Shown here one piece after another: positions 35,836-46,737 of a stretch of DNA of 64,000 bases (positions are counted from its first letter, which is position 1; the number at the start of each line of letters is the position of its first letter). The notes beneath the pieces are model-generated. The model was not told the origin of the DNA, searched no databases, and saw only the letters and a program-made list of their open reading frames with translations. The position numbers and the translations under genes are program-made. Source of the stretch: an uncultured Flavobacteriaceae bacterium (GTDB lineage: Bacteria; Bacteroidota; Bacteroidia; Flavobacteriales; Flavobacteriaceae); assembly GCA_963793275.1 (NCBI GenBank), contig CAWBZL010000002.1, forward strand, positions 101,590-165,589, in the 5' to 3' direction.

Positions 35836-37929
35836 TTAATTTATTGTCGTCCCATTACCAACCCCAGCAGAATCTGGATTCACAAAGACCAATTTCCCTT
35901 GAGCATCTTCGGTCATTAAAATCATTCCCTGGCTTTCTACTCCACGTAAGGCTCTTGGCGCTAGGTTAACTAAAACGGTCACTTGTTTGCCAATGATTTC
36001 TTCAGGTGTAAAACTTTCGGCAATACCAGAGACAATCGTTCTTACATCAATGCCTGTGTCTACCTTCAAAACCAATAATTTTTTGGTCTTAGGCATTTTT
36101 TCGGCTTCCAGGATCGTGCCTACACGCATATCTAATTTGGTAAAATCGTCAAACTGTATGGTTTCTTTTTGTGCTTCGGCTTTTTTGTTCTCAGCTTCGT
36201 TCATGGTTTTACTTGCTTGTAATTTATCTATTTGTTGTTGCATTTGCTCATCTTCAATTTTACTGAAAAGGAGTTCGCTGGGATTAATTTTATAACCAGA
36301 TTTTAAAAGTGACTCTTCTTCTGAAACATGTTTCCAATCCAGCTGTACCAGATCTGCCCTCAATCTTGCCGCAGGGGTAGTACTCAAATTAAGCATCTCC
36401 TTCAATTTTGAAGAGGTAAACGGTAAAAAAGGTTCACTTAACACCGCCAGAGCAGCTGCAATTTGTAACGCAACAAACATCACGGTTTGTGTTCTGGCTT
36501 CATCTGTTTTAATAGTTTTCCATGGTTCTTCGTCTGCCAGATATTTGTTACCTAATCTGGCAACATTCATTAATTCTGTTTGTGCTTCGCGGAAACGATA
36601 GCGTTCTATCGAGCTTTCGATCACCGCTGGATACGCTTTTAACTCTTTCAAAGTTTGCTCGTCTATTTCGGAAAATGCTGGAGGTTCCGGCACCACCCCA
36701 TCATAATATTTATGGGTTAACACGGTAACCCGGTTTATAAAATTTCCGAAGATAGCCACCAACTCACTGTTATTTCGCTGTTGGAAATCGGCCCAGGTAA
36801 AGTCGTTATCTTTTGTTTCCGGGGCATTGGCAGTGAGCACATAACGTAAAACATCCTGCTGATTAGGAAATTCTTCCAAATACTCGTGCAACCATACCGC
36901 CCAGTTTTTACTGGTTGAAATTTTATTTCCTTCCAGGTTTAAAAATTCGTTAGCCGGAACGTTGGTTGGCATAATGTAACTCCCGTCTGCCTTAAGCATA
37001 CTTGGAAAAATAATACAATGAAAAACAATATTATCCTTTCCTATAAAATGAAGCAATTTGGTGTCGTCACTTTTCCAATATGGCTCCCAATCTTTTCCTT
37101 CGCGCTCTGCCCATTCTTTGGTGGCAGAAATGTAACCAATAGGCGCATCGAACCAAACATATAGTACTTTTCCCTCTGCTCCTTCAACAGGTACAGGGAT
37201 GCCCCAATCCAGATCTCTGGTGACGGCACGCGGGCGTAACCCATCGTCTATCCACGATTTACATTGACCGTAGACATTGGTTTTCCAGTCTTTTTTATGC
37301 TCTTTTAGGATCCATTCTTTTAAAAATGGCTCGTATTGATCCAGCGGTAAAAACCAGTGCTTTGTTTCTTTTAGGACAGGTTTGTTACCTGAAATAGCAC
37401 TTTTTGGGTTGATCAGATCTGTTGCGTTATGAGAGGTTCCGCAGTTTTCACATTGGTCACCATAGCTTTCTTCAAAGCCACATTTTGGACAGGTTCCTAC
37501 AATAAAACGATCTGCTAAAAACTGATTCGCTTCTTCGTCATACAATTGTTCTGTTACCTCTTCAATGAACTTTCCTTCATCGTATAATTTCTTGAAAAAT
37601 GTGGAAGCTGTATCGTGATGCACTTTTGCTGAAGTCCTTGAATAGTTATCGAAAGTTATTCCGAAGTCTTCAAAACTTTGTTTGATAATGGCGTGGTATT
37701 TATCTACTACTTCTTGCGGGGTAATACCTTCTTTTTTTGCTTTAATGGTAATAGGTACACCGTGCTCATCACTTCCGCAGACAAAAGCTACATCCTTCCC
37801 TTGAAGGCGTTGAAAGCGTGCATAAATATCGGCAGGAACATAGACACCTGCTAAATGTCCAATATGAACGGGACCGTTGGTGTATGGAAGTGCGGCGGTG
37901 ATGGTAAAACGTTTCGGATCTTGAGTCAT
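35836..37929 (-). CDS. metG: methionyl-tRNA synthetase
   Basis: HIGH (PVHIGH), zinc knuckle CPKC...CENC, KMSKS-like KISTS, C-terminal tRNA-binding domain. Start at MTQDPKRF. Confidence 0.95.
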   Translation of the reverse strand: MTQDPKRFTITAALPYTNGPVHIGHLAGVYVPADIYARFQRLQGKDVAFVCGSDEHGVPITIKAKKEGITPQEVVDKYHAIIKQSFEDFGITFDNYSRTSAKVHHDTASTFFKKLYDEGKFIEEVTEQLYDEEANQFLADRFIVGTCPKCGFEESYGDQCENCGTSHNATDLINPKSAISGNKPVLKETKHWFLPLDQYEPFLKEWILKEHKKDWKTNVYGQCKSWIDDGLRPRAVTRDLDWGIPVPVEGAEGKVLYVWFDAPIGYISATKEWAEREGKDWEPYWKSDDTKLLHFIGKDNIVFHCIIFPSMLKADGSYIMPTNVPANEFLNLEGNKISTSKNWAVWLHEYLEEFPNQQDVLRYVLTANAPETKDNDFTWADFQQRNNSELVAIFGNFINRVTVLTHKYYDGVVPEPPAFSEIDEQTLKELKAYPAVIESSIERYRFREAQTELMNVARLGNKYLADEEPWKTIKTDEARTQTVMFVALQIAAALAVLSEPFLPFTSSKLKEMLNLSTTPAARLRADLVQLDWKHVSEEESLLKSGYKINPSELLFSKIEDEQMQQQIDKLQASKTMNEAENKKAEAQKETIQFDDFTKLDMRVGTILEAEKMPKTKKLLVLKVDTGIDVRTIVSGIAESFTPEEIIGKQVTVLVNLAPRALRGVESQGMILMTEDAQGKLVFVNPDSAGVGNGTTIN

Positions 37930-38066
37930 AGGTAGCAAAATAAAGGCTTCGAATGGTGCAAAAATAAACAATTCAAATGCTTTATAGATGCGGATTAAAA
38001 CAAAAAACCTTCCATAAAGAAAGGCTTTATAAGCAAAAAGTATCGTATGAATTTTAAAATTACTAT

Positions 38067-38705
38067 TTAAGACGAAATAAATAGTACTTCTCCATCTACC
38101 AACACATAAATTTCATCTTTTTCAGAAGGCGTTAGTATATATTTTCCGGTAAAACTCCCAAAGGCGGGGAAAATTAGTTGTTTTTCAGTTTTATAGAAAC
38201 AGGCAACTCTTACTGTTTGCCTGCCAACACCTTGTAACTTTACACCCGGATGAATATGGCCACAAAAATTGAAATACGCATCCAATTCTGTTGGGTGATG
38301 TGTTAACAGAAATTTTTCGAGTATAAGTTCTTTATAGATTTGAACTCCTAACGCTTCAAATAAGTATTGCGGAATGATATCGTGATTCCCTGAAATTAAA
38401 ATAACCTGCGCTGAGGTATAGTCTACCCACTTTGCAAAATCGCTCCACTCACTATTTAAGTTACTGTGAAAAAGATCGCCTAAAAAACAAACCGTCTGTG
38501 GCTGAAAGTGATTTACAACACCCGTTAATTTTTCTAAATTTTCATAAGCAACGTGTGCAGGAATTGCGGCTCCGTGTTTTCTGAAATGCGTCACTTTTCC
38601 TAAGTGTACATCGGCGATGAGTAGCATTGATTTTTGTTCCCAAAATATTGCTCCGCTGGGGTGGAGGATGAAGTTTTGATCGTTTATGGAAATGGTTTGG
38701 GACAT
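38067..38705 (-). CDS. pdeM: ligase-associated DNA damage response endonuclease/phosphoesterase PdeM
   Basis: Metallophosphoesterase motifs ADVHLGK, GDLFH, GNHD, plus cluster context. Confidence 0.85.
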   Translation of the reverse strand: MSQTISINDQNFILHPSGAIFWEQKSMLLIADVHLGKVTHFRKHGAAIPAHVAYENLEKLTGVVNHFQPQTVCFLGDLFHSNLNSEWSDFAKWVDYTSAQVILISGNHDIIPQYLFEALGVQIYKELILEKFLLTHHPTELDAYFNFCGHIHPGVKLQGVGRQTVRVACFYKTEKQLIFPAFGSFTGKYILTPSEKDEIYVLVDGEVLFISS

Positions 38706-38808
38706 CAGACTGCAAAAATACAGCTTTAGTCATTTCGACGCAGGAGAAACCACATAACAATGACTACTATATTATTTTAATAAGGATTATAACAGTTGAA
38801 ATTATTCA

Positions 38809-41268
38809 TTATTTCATCAATTTTAACGTCATTCGTTTAATTCTATCCTTCAATTTTTCTGAAGAAAGCTTTTCCCGTAACCTGTCGGTAATAATGGGGA
38901 AACTAAAAGGCGTGGCTTCTTCGCATTGTTTCCAAACTATTTCTTGGCTGGCAATTCGCTCCAATGCCAATCGTAGTCTGCCTTCTTCCATTTCGTGTTC
39001 AAAAGTTTCTCTAAATGCCTGTTGGTATAACAAATTATCTGCTTCGTAATCTCTAAACACATCAAACAGCAATTGCGAATTGCTTTGCAGGTGCTTGGTT
39101 TTTATTTGTTTGCTAGGATAGCCCGTAAAAACCAAACCACTTATTACAGCAATATCTCTGAATTTTCTGCGGGCCAATTCAGTACTATTTAAACTTTTTT
39201 GAAGGTCGCTAAAAAGATAGTCAGTGCTAAATAAATTATTGTCCACCACATTCTGAATATCCAAAGGCTGATCGCTCAACAATTCAAAGCCATAATCATT
39301 GTATGCAAGGGAAAAAGTGATGGGAGAAAGCAAACTAATTCTGTACGCCAATAATCCGCCCATTGCCATATGTACAAACCGCCCTTCAAATGGATAAAAT
39401 AAATGGTGATAGCCTTCTCTGGTTTTAAAGGTTTCTATTAAAAACTCATTATTTCCAGGAACAATACTTTCTTTTTCCTGTCTGTCAAAAATATCTGAAA
39501 GAGCTTTTAACTCAGGCGTGTTTCTCTTATGATCTGCTTCAGACTGCAGTTCGTTTCGTAAAATTTCAGACATCTGAGAAGAAAGTGCCATGCGCCCTCC
39601 CATAAAACTTACTACATTTCTTGTGCGCTTGCTACTGCGTCTTACCTGAGCGGCCATATTTCGAACCCTAACCAGTTCCAACGTTCTTCCCGCAAATACA
39701 AATACATCTCCGGGTTTCATTTTTCCTATAAAAAATTCTTCGATGGTACCTATAAATCCGCCACTCACGTATTTTACCTGCACCATTGCATCACTTACTA
39801 TAGTGCCAATAGACAGACGGTGCATCATAGCTGTTTGGCGGCTGTCCACGTAAAACCTCCCATCGTCGTCTACTAAAACGCGTTTATATTCGTCATAAGC
39901 CTGCAAGCTCTGGCTTCCTAGTGTGATAAAATTGAGGCACCATTGCCATTGTTCTTCAGTAATTCCCTGAAAACAAAAGGTGTTTTTAATTTCCGGATAT
40001 ATGTCTTTGGGATAAAAACCATCACTTACAGCAAGGGTTACTAAATACTGAATTAACACATCAAAACTTAACAAATACGGGATGCGGTCTTCCATTACTT
40101 CCCCTTTTACAGCTTTTTTTAGTGCCGAAGCTTCTATCAACTCCATAGCGTGTGTTGGCAAAAAATGAATTACTGATGGTTCTCCGGGTCTGTGATTGCT
40201 ACGCCCTGCCCGTTGTAAAAACTTAGCAATTCCTTTAGGCCCACCAATTTGAATAATAGTTTCTACAGGCGCAAAGTCTACTCCCAGATCCAAACTTGAG
40301 GTAGCCACCACAGCTTTTAAACTTTCGTTTCGTATCGCTTGTTCTACCCACAATCTGGTTTCCTTATTGATGCTTCCGTGATGCATCGCTAATTCGCCAG
40401 CAAACTCCGGATACTTCTCTAAGATTTTCTGAAACCAAATTTCGCATTGACCGCGGGTATTGGTAAAGATGAGTGTAGTTTTACTGGATTTTATAATAGG
40501 TATAATGTCGTCCAGCAAGTGCAATCCCAAATGCCCGCGCCAGGGAAAGGTTTCCATTTTTTTAGGAATAATAGATTTTACAACTATTTTTTTCTTGATG
40601 TTTGCTTTTAATAAAATCGAATTTTCGCGTAACGCTTCATTCATTCCCAGTAACACATCCTGCGCTTGTTCTAAATTTCCAATAGTTGCCGAAATTCCCC
40701 AAATACGAAGCTGAGGCGAGATGGTTTTAAGTCTGGATAAGCCAAGTTCCATCTGCACACCACGTTTGCTGCCAAGGAGCTCGTGCCATTCATCTACCAC
40801 TACAGCTGTAAGGTTTCCGAAGATCTTTTTATAGCCTTTACTTGCCAACAACAACATTAAACTTTCTGGAGTTGTAATGAGTAAATCGGGCATGTTCCGT
40901 TTTTGCTTTGCCCGCTCACTTTGCGCAGTATCACCGGTTCTTATTCCCACAGTTAAGCCTGTTTCCAGTTCGTCTGCAAAACGTTGTGCCGCTTGTTTAA
41001 TTTCTACCGAAAGTGCCCGCAGCGGAGTAATCCAGATTGCTTTTAAACCTTTTGTGTGTTTAGTTTTATATTCCGGATGGTCTTTTATATACTGCAATAC
41101 AATAGGAACCCAAAGTGCATAGGTTTTCCCGCTTCCCGTAGGAGCATTTAGAAGCCCGTGTTTTCCTTGTAAAAATGCCTTCCAGGTTTTTTTCTGAAAT
41201 GGGAATGCCTTCCAGTTTTTAGACTCGAACCAGGTTTCGGCTATTTCTATTAATTGGGATTGATTCAT
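38809..41268 (-). CDS. lhr: ligase-associated DNA damage response DEXH-box helicase (Lhr-core type)
   Basis: PTGSGKT, DEWH, helicase C and an Lhr-type C-terminal domain. 1 nt from the ligase gene. Confidence 0.9.
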   Translation of the reverse strand: MNQSQLIEIAETWFESKNWKAFPFQKKTWKAFLQGKHGLLNAPTGSGKTYALWVPIVLQYIKDHPEYKTKHTKGLKAIWITPLRALSVEIKQAAQRFADELETGLTVGIRTGDTAQSERAKQKRNMPDLLITTPESLMLLLASKGYKKIFGNLTAVVVDEWHELLGSKRGVQMELGLSRLKTISPQLRIWGISATIGNLEQAQDVLLGMNEALRENSILLKANIKKKIVVKSIIPKKMETFPWRGHLGLHLLDDIIPIIKSSKTTLIFTNTRGQCEIWFQKILEKYPEFAGELAMHHGSINKETRLWVEQAIRNESLKAVVATSSLDLGVDFAPVETIIQIGGPKGIAKFLQRAGRSNHRPGEPSVIHFLPTHAMELIEASALKKAVKGEVMEDRIPYLLSFDVLIQYLVTLAVSDGFYPKDIYPEIKNTFCFQGITEEQWQWCLNFITLGSQSLQAYDEYKRVLVDDDGRFYVDSRQTAMMHRLSIGTIVSDAMVQVKYVSGGFIGTIEEFFIGKMKPGDVFVFAGRTLELVRVRNMAAQVRRSSKRTRNVVSFMGGRMALSSQMSEILRNELQSEADHKRNTPELKALSDIFDRQEKESIVPGNNEFLIETFKTREGYHHLFYPFEGRFVHMAMGGLLAYRISLLSPITFSLAYNDYGFELLSDQPLDIQNVVDNNLFSTDYLFSDLQKSLNSTELARRKFRDIAVISGLVFTGYPSKQIKTKHLQSNSQLLFDVFRDYEADNLLYQQAFRETFEHEMEEGRLRLALERIASQEIVWKQCEEATPFSFPIITDRLREKLSSEKLKDRIKRMTLKLMK

Positions 41269-41269
41269 G

Positions 41270-42919
41270 TTACTTAGGAATCAAAGCTCTCAGATCGTCC
41301 AGGGTATTTGCTTCTTCTATAGGTTTGTCTTTTCTCCATCGCAATATTCTTGGAAACCTGGTGGCAATACCGCTTTTATGTCGTTTACTTTCAGCAATGC
41401 CCTCAAAAGCTATTTCAAAAACGTGATGTGGTGTAACGCTTCTTACACGACCAAAGCGTTCCAGGGTGTTCTTTTTTATCCAGGCATCTACTTGTCTGAA
41501 TTCGGCATCTGTGAGACCCGAATATGCTTTTGCAAAAGTTACCAGTTCTCCTTCATCCCAAAGACCAAAGGTATAATCTGTATATAAATTTGCGCGCCTT
41601 CCGTGACCACGCATGGCGTAGGTGAGCACACCGTCTATGGTGAATGGGTCGGTTTTCCATTTCCACCAATCGCCTTTTTTTCGGCCAACTAAATAAGGAG
41701 AATCTTTGCGTTTCAGCATTAAACCTTCACTGCGTTTTTCTCGCGATAATTTTCTTTCGGCTGCGGCATCTTCCCAGGTTTTAAACGTCATTGTTTCGCT
41801 TAGATACAAGCCTATTTCGTCACAACTACATTCTGAAATTAAAGTGTCCAGAATTTCTCTTCTTTCTGAAAAGGGCTTTTGCCGGATATCTTTTCCTTTC
41901 CACTCCAATAGATCGTAAGCATTCAAAATCACCGGTGTTTTCTCCAGTAATTTTTTTGAAATATTCTTTCTGCCAATACGAGTTTGAAGGTCGTTAAAAT
42001 TTCCAATTTCATTATTTCCGAAGGGTAAAATTTCACCATCCAAAACGGTACCGTTAGGAATTTTTGAAAGGAAGCGTTGAAATTCAGGGTATTTATCGGT
42101 AACTAGTTCTTCGCCTCTGGACCAGACAAACACTTCGTCATTTCTGATAATTACCTGGCTCCTGATACCATCCCATTTATGTTCAAAACTCCAGCCTTTA
42201 ATATCGCCCAGATCTTCCTGAAAATTATCTTCTACAGCATACGCCAGATAAAACGGATAGGGTTTACTGAGGTAATCTTCCGGGTTTTCTTCTAAAATTA
42301 AATCCTGAAACGTGGTTGTATCTGCAGTCCAGTTACCCATTAGTTTATAGGCAAGTATGTCTTCATCTATTCCCGTAGATTTTGAGAGTGATCGGGTCAT
42401 TAATTTTTGACTCACCCCAATTCTAAAACCACCCGTAATAATTTTATTGAACACAAAACGCTCAAAATAGCTCATTCTCAACCAGTTTTCCTGAAGATAG
42501 CTTCTTTTTTCATCTTCTTCGAGTGTACGTAGCGTAATGATTTCGTTACAGTATTGAGACAGCGATTTTTCCCGAATTCCCAGCGCCTCTCCCGCTGAGA
42601 GGGGAATATTCTTTTCTTCCTTTTTTAGGGAGTGTTTAGGTGCGCTTGGAATTATTAAGGCAATAGTTTCGGCCAGATCACCCACTATATGATAGCTTTC
42701 TTCAAATAACCACTGTGGGATGCCACTAATTTCGGTTGCCCATAACCTTAGAAGTGTTGTGTTTACAGGGCGTTTTGGTCTTCTGTGTGAGAGTATGGCA
42801 ATGGTCCATAGTTTATCATCTTCACCCGCATTGTTAAAATATTCGGTGAGTGCAGCCACTTTCAAGGTGGTTTTATTGGTACTATCCAGAGTTTTTATGA
42901 GGGCAGCAAAATGTTTCAT
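41270..42919 (-). CDS. ATP-dependent DNA ligase
   Basis: Adenylation motif I (EHKWDGIR) and an OB domain. 4-nt overlap with the exonuclease gene. Confidence 0.9.
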   Translation of the reverse strand: MKHFAALIKTLDSTNKTTLKVAALTEYFNNAGEDDKLWTIAILSHRRPKRPVNTTLLRLWATEISGIPQWLFEESYHIVGDLAETIALIIPSAPKHSLKKEEKNIPLSAGEALGIREKSLSQYCNEIITLRTLEEDEKRSYLQENWLRMSYFERFVFNKIITGGFRIGVSQKLMTRSLSKSTGIDEDILAYKLMGNWTADTTTFQDLILEENPEDYLSKPYPFYLAYAVEDNFQEDLGDIKGWSFEHKWDGIRSQVIIRNDEVFVWSRGEELVTDKYPEFQRFLSKIPNGTVLDGEILPFGNNEIGNFNDLQTRIGRKNISKKLLEKTPVILNAYDLLEWKGKDIRQKPFSERREILDTLISECSCDEIGLYLSETMTFKTWEDAAAERKLSREKRSEGLMLKRKDSPYLVGRKKGDWWKWKTDPFTIDGVLTYAMRGHGRRANLYTDYTFGLWDEGELVTFAKAYSGLTDAEFRQVDAWIKKNTLERFGRVRSVTPHHVFEIAFEGIAESKRHKSGIATRFPRILRWRKDKPIEEANTLDDLRALIPK

Positions 42920-44016
42920 ACCGTATCGTCCTCCTCTTTTTTATTCACTTCGCTTCCTTCTTCTTCATATTGTGTTTTTTCGGTGCGTGCATCCAGGCCC
43001 ATTTCTTCACGCAGATATCTAGAGAAAATCTCGGTATAGCCGTGGGTGGCGATAACTTTTTCAGCACCTGTGTCTTTTACAGTTTGTAGCAATCCGTCCC
43101 AATCTGCGTGATCGCTTAGTACAAATCCGCGGTCTATGGCACGGCGCCTTCTTGCCCCTCTGAACGTCATCCATCCGCTCGCGCTGGCGGTTACATACGG
43201 TACCATCTTTCTGATCCAGGTTCCTCCGTGTGCACTGGGCGGGGCAAGTACTATATTGCCTAACAATTCTTCTTTTTTGGTCTCACGGGTAATGCGTGTA
43301 GTTTCGTGAAAGTTATAATTTTCTCTAAGCACTGCTGTCATATTTTCTATGGCACCGTGGGTGTAAATTTTGCCAATATCCGGATCCAGATGTTTCAGCA
43401 AACGTTGTGCTTTTCCCAGACTGTAGCCAAAAAGGATAGACGTTTTATTTTCTGCTCTGTTGGTGGCCCACCAGTTATTTATGTCTTTAAAAACTTCGGC
43501 CTGTGGGGTCCATTTAAATGCCGGGAGACCAAAGGTACATTCGGTAATAAAGGTGTTGCATTTTACCAGTTCAAAAGGTTCGGCAATGCCGTCATTTTCG
43601 GTTTTAAAATCGCCTGTAAAGACCCAGACTTCTCCTTTATACATTGCTCTTACCTGGCTACTTGCAACAATATGCCCAGCGGGATGAAGACTAAAGGTGA
43701 CTCCGTTTATGGTAAAAGTTTCTCCCCATTTCTTACCGCTTACGGTTATTTCTCCCAGGCGGTGCTTAATAATGGGTACATTTTTATGATGGGTAATGTA
43801 TTGTTTGTGTCCCCACCGACTGTGGTCTGCGTGGCCGTGGGTGATGATGCACTTATCTACAGGACGCCAGGCGTCTATATAAACATCTGCCTGCTTGCAG
43901 TAGATGCCTTTGTCGTTAAATTGAAGGAGTGGTGTTTTAGGCAATTTTTCAGAATTTTCTCGATAATTGAAGTTTGCATGGTCCGAGGTTTGCCTCGAAT
44001 TTAAATTTTTCGCCAT
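42916..44016 (-). CDS. ligase-associated DNA damage response exonuclease (MBL/beta-CASP fold)
   Basis: HGHADH metallo-beta-lactamase motif. First gene of the cluster. Confidence 0.85.
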   Translation of the reverse strand: MAKNLNSRQTSDHANFNYRENSEKLPKTPLLQFNDKGIYCKQADVYIDAWRPVDKCIITHGHADHSRWGHKQYITHHKNVPIIKHRLGEITVSGKKWGETFTINGVTFSLHPAGHIVASSQVRAMYKGEVWVFTGDFKTENDGIAEPFELVKCNTFITECTFGLPAFKWTPQAEVFKDINNWWATNRAENKTSILFGYSLGKAQRLLKHLDPDIGKIYTHGAIENMTAVLRENYNFHETTRITRETKKEELLGNIVLAPPSAHGGTWIRKMVPYVTASASGWMTFRGARRRRAIDRGFVLSDHADWDGLLQTVKDTGAEKVIATHGYTEIFSRYLREEMGLDARTEKTQYEEEGSEVNKKEEDDTV

Positions 44017-44032
44017 CTAATGCTTTGTGAGC

Positions 44033-44047
44033 TTACCTCCGAGGTAA
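44033..44047. promoter_or_regulatory. inverted repeat TTACCTC-C-GAGGTAA upstream of the ligase-associated repair operon
   Basis: Perfect 7-nt arms with a 1-nt spacer, 17-31 nt upstream of the exonuclease start codon (44016, minus strand). Confidence 0.3.
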
Positions 44048-44183
44048 TTTACTTGGTTTCTTTAAAATTACAGATTTTAAAAGGTTTGTATTTCAGAATT
44101 AAGAAAAGTTTAATGCTTTAAAATTTCCGAATATTTACAAAAAAGATTCTCTTGCTTTCTTCGGAATTTTTTAGGACTTAGAT

Positions 44184-44191
44184 TATATTTG
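44184..44191 (+). promoter_or_regulatory. Bacteroidota -7 promoter box TATATTTG (TAnnTTTG consensus)
   Basis: Exact consensus match 18 nt upstream of the ATG at 44209. Confidence 0.4.
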
Positions 44192-44208
44192 TGCCATAAA
44201 TAAGAACT

Positions 44209-44634
44209 ATGTCATTTACAGATTTATTTGAGAGTGGAGAACACAAGAGAAACCTGGGTCATTTTGCATCTATTGCAAATATGGCATCGGTAGACGGAGC
44301 TTTGAATGCTGAAGAAGAAAAATTGTTACGCCGTTTTGCCAAGAAATTGGATATTGATGAAACCTTATATGAAGCGGTTTTAAAAAACCCGGGTAAATAT
44401 CCTATTAACCCTCCAAACGATGCAGACAGAAGGCTGGAGCGTATGCATGATCTATTTGAAATGATCTTTGCAGACCACGAGATAGACGATCACGAGCGTT
44501 TTTTAATTGAAAAATATGCTATTGGTTTAGGATATACTGCAGATTTAGCCTCAAAACTTATTAAAAGATCTATTGAAATATATAGCGGTGGTCTGGATAT
44601 GGAAGACTACCGATACCTTTTGAACAAAAAGTAA
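44209..44634 (+). CDS. TerB-family (tellurite resistance-like) protein
   Basis: Two helical DG-x5-E-x3-L type repeats (ASVDGALNAEEEKLL; ADHEIDDHERFLI). Confidence 0.6.
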   Translation: MSFTDLFESGEHKRNLGHFASIANMASVDGALNAEEEKLLRRFAKKLDIDETLYEAVLKNPGKYPINPPNDADRRLERMHDLFEMIFADHEIDDHERFLIEKYAIGLGYTADLASKLIKRSIEIYSGGLDMEDYRYLLNKK

Positions 44635-44653
44635 CGTTTATATTTAAGTGTTT

Positions 44654-46153
44654 TTAAAAGAGCTTTTCGATACTGTCGAAGAGCTCTTTTTGCGTATAGG
44701 GTTTTGGTAAAAAAGCCGAAGCTCCCGAAGCCATCATTTGCTCTTGTTTCTGCAACATAGTGCTTCCACTGGCAACTAAAATAGGAATGTGTTGTATGTT
44801 GGAATCCTGCTTGCACTTTCTTATAAAGGCTATACCAGAGCTGTCTGCCAATGCTCCCTTACTAACAATAAGGTTGTAATTTCTTTTTCTCAACAATTCA
44901 AACGCCTGGTTTGCATCCTGCGCTATTTCTAAAATAATTCCTTTCTCATTGTTAAGGAAGGTTCGCATGAAGAGCATTTGGTTGGTTTCAATTTCTTCAA
45001 TAACCAGAATACGCTTGCTCATTAAAATTCCAGAACCTTTTGGCACTGTAGACCTTTTTTCTTTCCTTTTTCTCTCTTTAAAGGGTAGTAAGCAGGAAAA
45101 AGTAGTGCCGTCTTTATTGCTTGTAACCGAAATTTTCCCATCCAATACTGTCACTAGGTCTTTTACAATTTTAAGGCCTAAACCTTCACCAATGGGCTTA
45201 ATTGCATCCTCCTTTAACTGATAATAAGAATCGAAAACACGGTCAATTTCCGAAGTTGGGATTCCCTTTCCGGAGTCTGAAACTGAAATAGCAAGCATAC
45301 AATTTTCAGCACTGTTTTCTTTCAAAGTAACTCCTAATAGTATGGAGCCATGTGTTGTGTTTCTGAAGGCGTTTTCTAATAAATTAAATAGTATTTGATT
45401 TAACCGAAAAGGATCACCAATTAATTTTTTTGGAACTGTTTTTTCAATACTTGCTTCCAGCAAAATATTTTTTTTGCTGAACTTTAATTTATAATGTTGT
45501 TCCAGATTAGTTATAATGTGACCTAAATTAAAGGGAACCTGTTGCTTGGTAATAATTCCCCGCTCAATTTTTGAGATATCCAGCATATCGTCCATGAGTT
45601 GCTTTATTTGCAACCCGGTACGCTCCATTACCTTAAGTGTTTCGTTTTGATCGTAGGAAAGTTTTGTTTTTCTTAGCAACTCCATAAAACCCAGTAGGTT
45701 GTTTAACGGATTTCGGATTTCGTGATTAATATTCGCCAAAAAATTATTTTTGAAATTCTCTTTCGCCAGCAATAACTTCTTGTCAAAAGTTAATCTGTTT
45801 TTTGCAATAGCGGCTTCGTTTTTCTGCTGTACCAGTGGGTGTGCATCCCTGTAATGCGTTGTAAAGTCGAATAACAGCAAATAAATAGTATCCTCTCGTC
45901 GTACAATACTTATGTCTAAAATCTTACTAAAACCATCGCCGGAAAGATTTACACAGGGATAGGTAACATCTTGTGAAACTTCGGGAATTATGTTGATAAT
46001 GGTTTCAAAAAAAGGATGAAAACTAGTGATGTTTTCATTTTCAGTAAAAGGAAACAATACATCATCACTTTCAATCACGGCACCTTCTTTGGTTATTTCA
46101 ATTTGCTGAATCCTTGTGTTGAGAAACTCTTCTTTTAAGAGGGCAGTATTCAT
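44654..46153 (-). CDS. hybrid histidine kinase: novel N-terminal domain + HisKA + HATPase_c + degenerate receiver
   Basis: H box NINHEIRNPL, N box LLENAFRNT, G boxes SDSGKGI and GEGLGL. The receiver-like tail has K where the phospho-Asp is expected (LIVSK). Confidence 0.85.
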   Translation of the reverse strand: MNTALLKEEFLNTRIQQIEITKEGAVIESDDVLFPFTENENITSFHPFFETIINIIPEVSQDVTYPCVNLSGDGFSKILDISIVRREDTIYLLLFDFTTHYRDAHPLVQQKNEAAIAKNRLTFDKKLLLAKENFKNNFLANINHEIRNPLNNLLGFMELLRKTKLSYDQNETLKVMERTGLQIKQLMDDMLDISKIERGIITKQQVPFNLGHIITNLEQHYKLKFSKKNILLEASIEKTVPKKLIGDPFRLNQILFNLLENAFRNTTHGSILLGVTLKENSAENCMLAISVSDSGKGIPTSEIDRVFDSYYQLKEDAIKPIGEGLGLKIVKDLVTVLDGKISVTSNKDGTTFSCLLPFKERKRKEKRSTVPKGSGILMSKRILVIEEIETNQMLFMRTFLNNEKGIILEIAQDANQAFELLRKRNYNLIVSKGALADSSGIAFIRKCKQDSNIQHIPILVASGSTMLQKQEQMMASGASAFLPKPYTQKELFDSIEKLF

Positions 46154-46155
46154 AA

Positions 46156-46641
46156 TTACAATGTTTGTGAAGCTATTTCCCGAAAAGTCTCGGCTACATT
46201 TTCCCCTGTTTTGGCACTGGTAAAAAAGCAGTTGCTAAAATGATTTTCTTTAAAAAAATCTTTAGTAAACTCTTCTGAAAAAAGATCGGCTTTGTTTCCC
46301 ACAAAACACACTGGAATGGTTGGATATTTTGTAGACAGAAAAGCCATCTCTTCGGCAATGTTTTCGTAGGTTTCCGGGTGGGTAATGTCGAACACATACA
46401 TAAAGCCGTGGGTGCCCAATAAATAACTTTCTCTGGCTTTTGCTATGGAGGTATTTCCCTCGATATCCCAGATTATTAAGTTTATTTGTGTTGTATCCAG
46501 CGTTACTGTTTTTTTCTTTACGTGTACACCAACCGTTACCAGATAATCTTCGCTAAAAGCGCTCTCCACGAATTGGCGCACTAAACTGGTTTTTCCCACT
46601 CCAAAATGGCCAAGAATTACAATTTTTTTTGAATGGGTCAT
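46156..46641 (-). CDS. Ras-superfamily small GTPase (B)
   Basis: G1 GHFGVGKT, G3 WDIEG, G4 GNKAD, G5 SAK. Start placed at MTHSKK. Confidence 0.8.
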   Translation of the reverse strand: MTHSKKIVILGHFGVGKTSLVRQFVESAFSEDYLVTVGVHVKKKTVTLDTTQINLIIWDIEGNTSIAKARESYLLGTHGFMYVFDITHPETYENIAEEMAFLSTKYPTIPVCFVGNKADLFSEEFTKDFFKENHFSNCFFTSAKTGENVAETFREIASQTL

Positions 46642-46737
46642 GGTTGGGTTTTTTATGCACGCAAATATATCCGAAAACAAAAGATGCTGCTATTTAATTG
46701 AAAGAACTTAAGGTGCAGTTTGTCGAAAACTCACTCG

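Noticed and set aside
43306-44004. 232-aa plus-strand ORF, together with 43460-43687.
   Set aside because: It lies entirely antisense to the MBL-fold exonuclease gene, which has clear catalytic motifs. It has no recognisable domain and is a typical shadow ORF.
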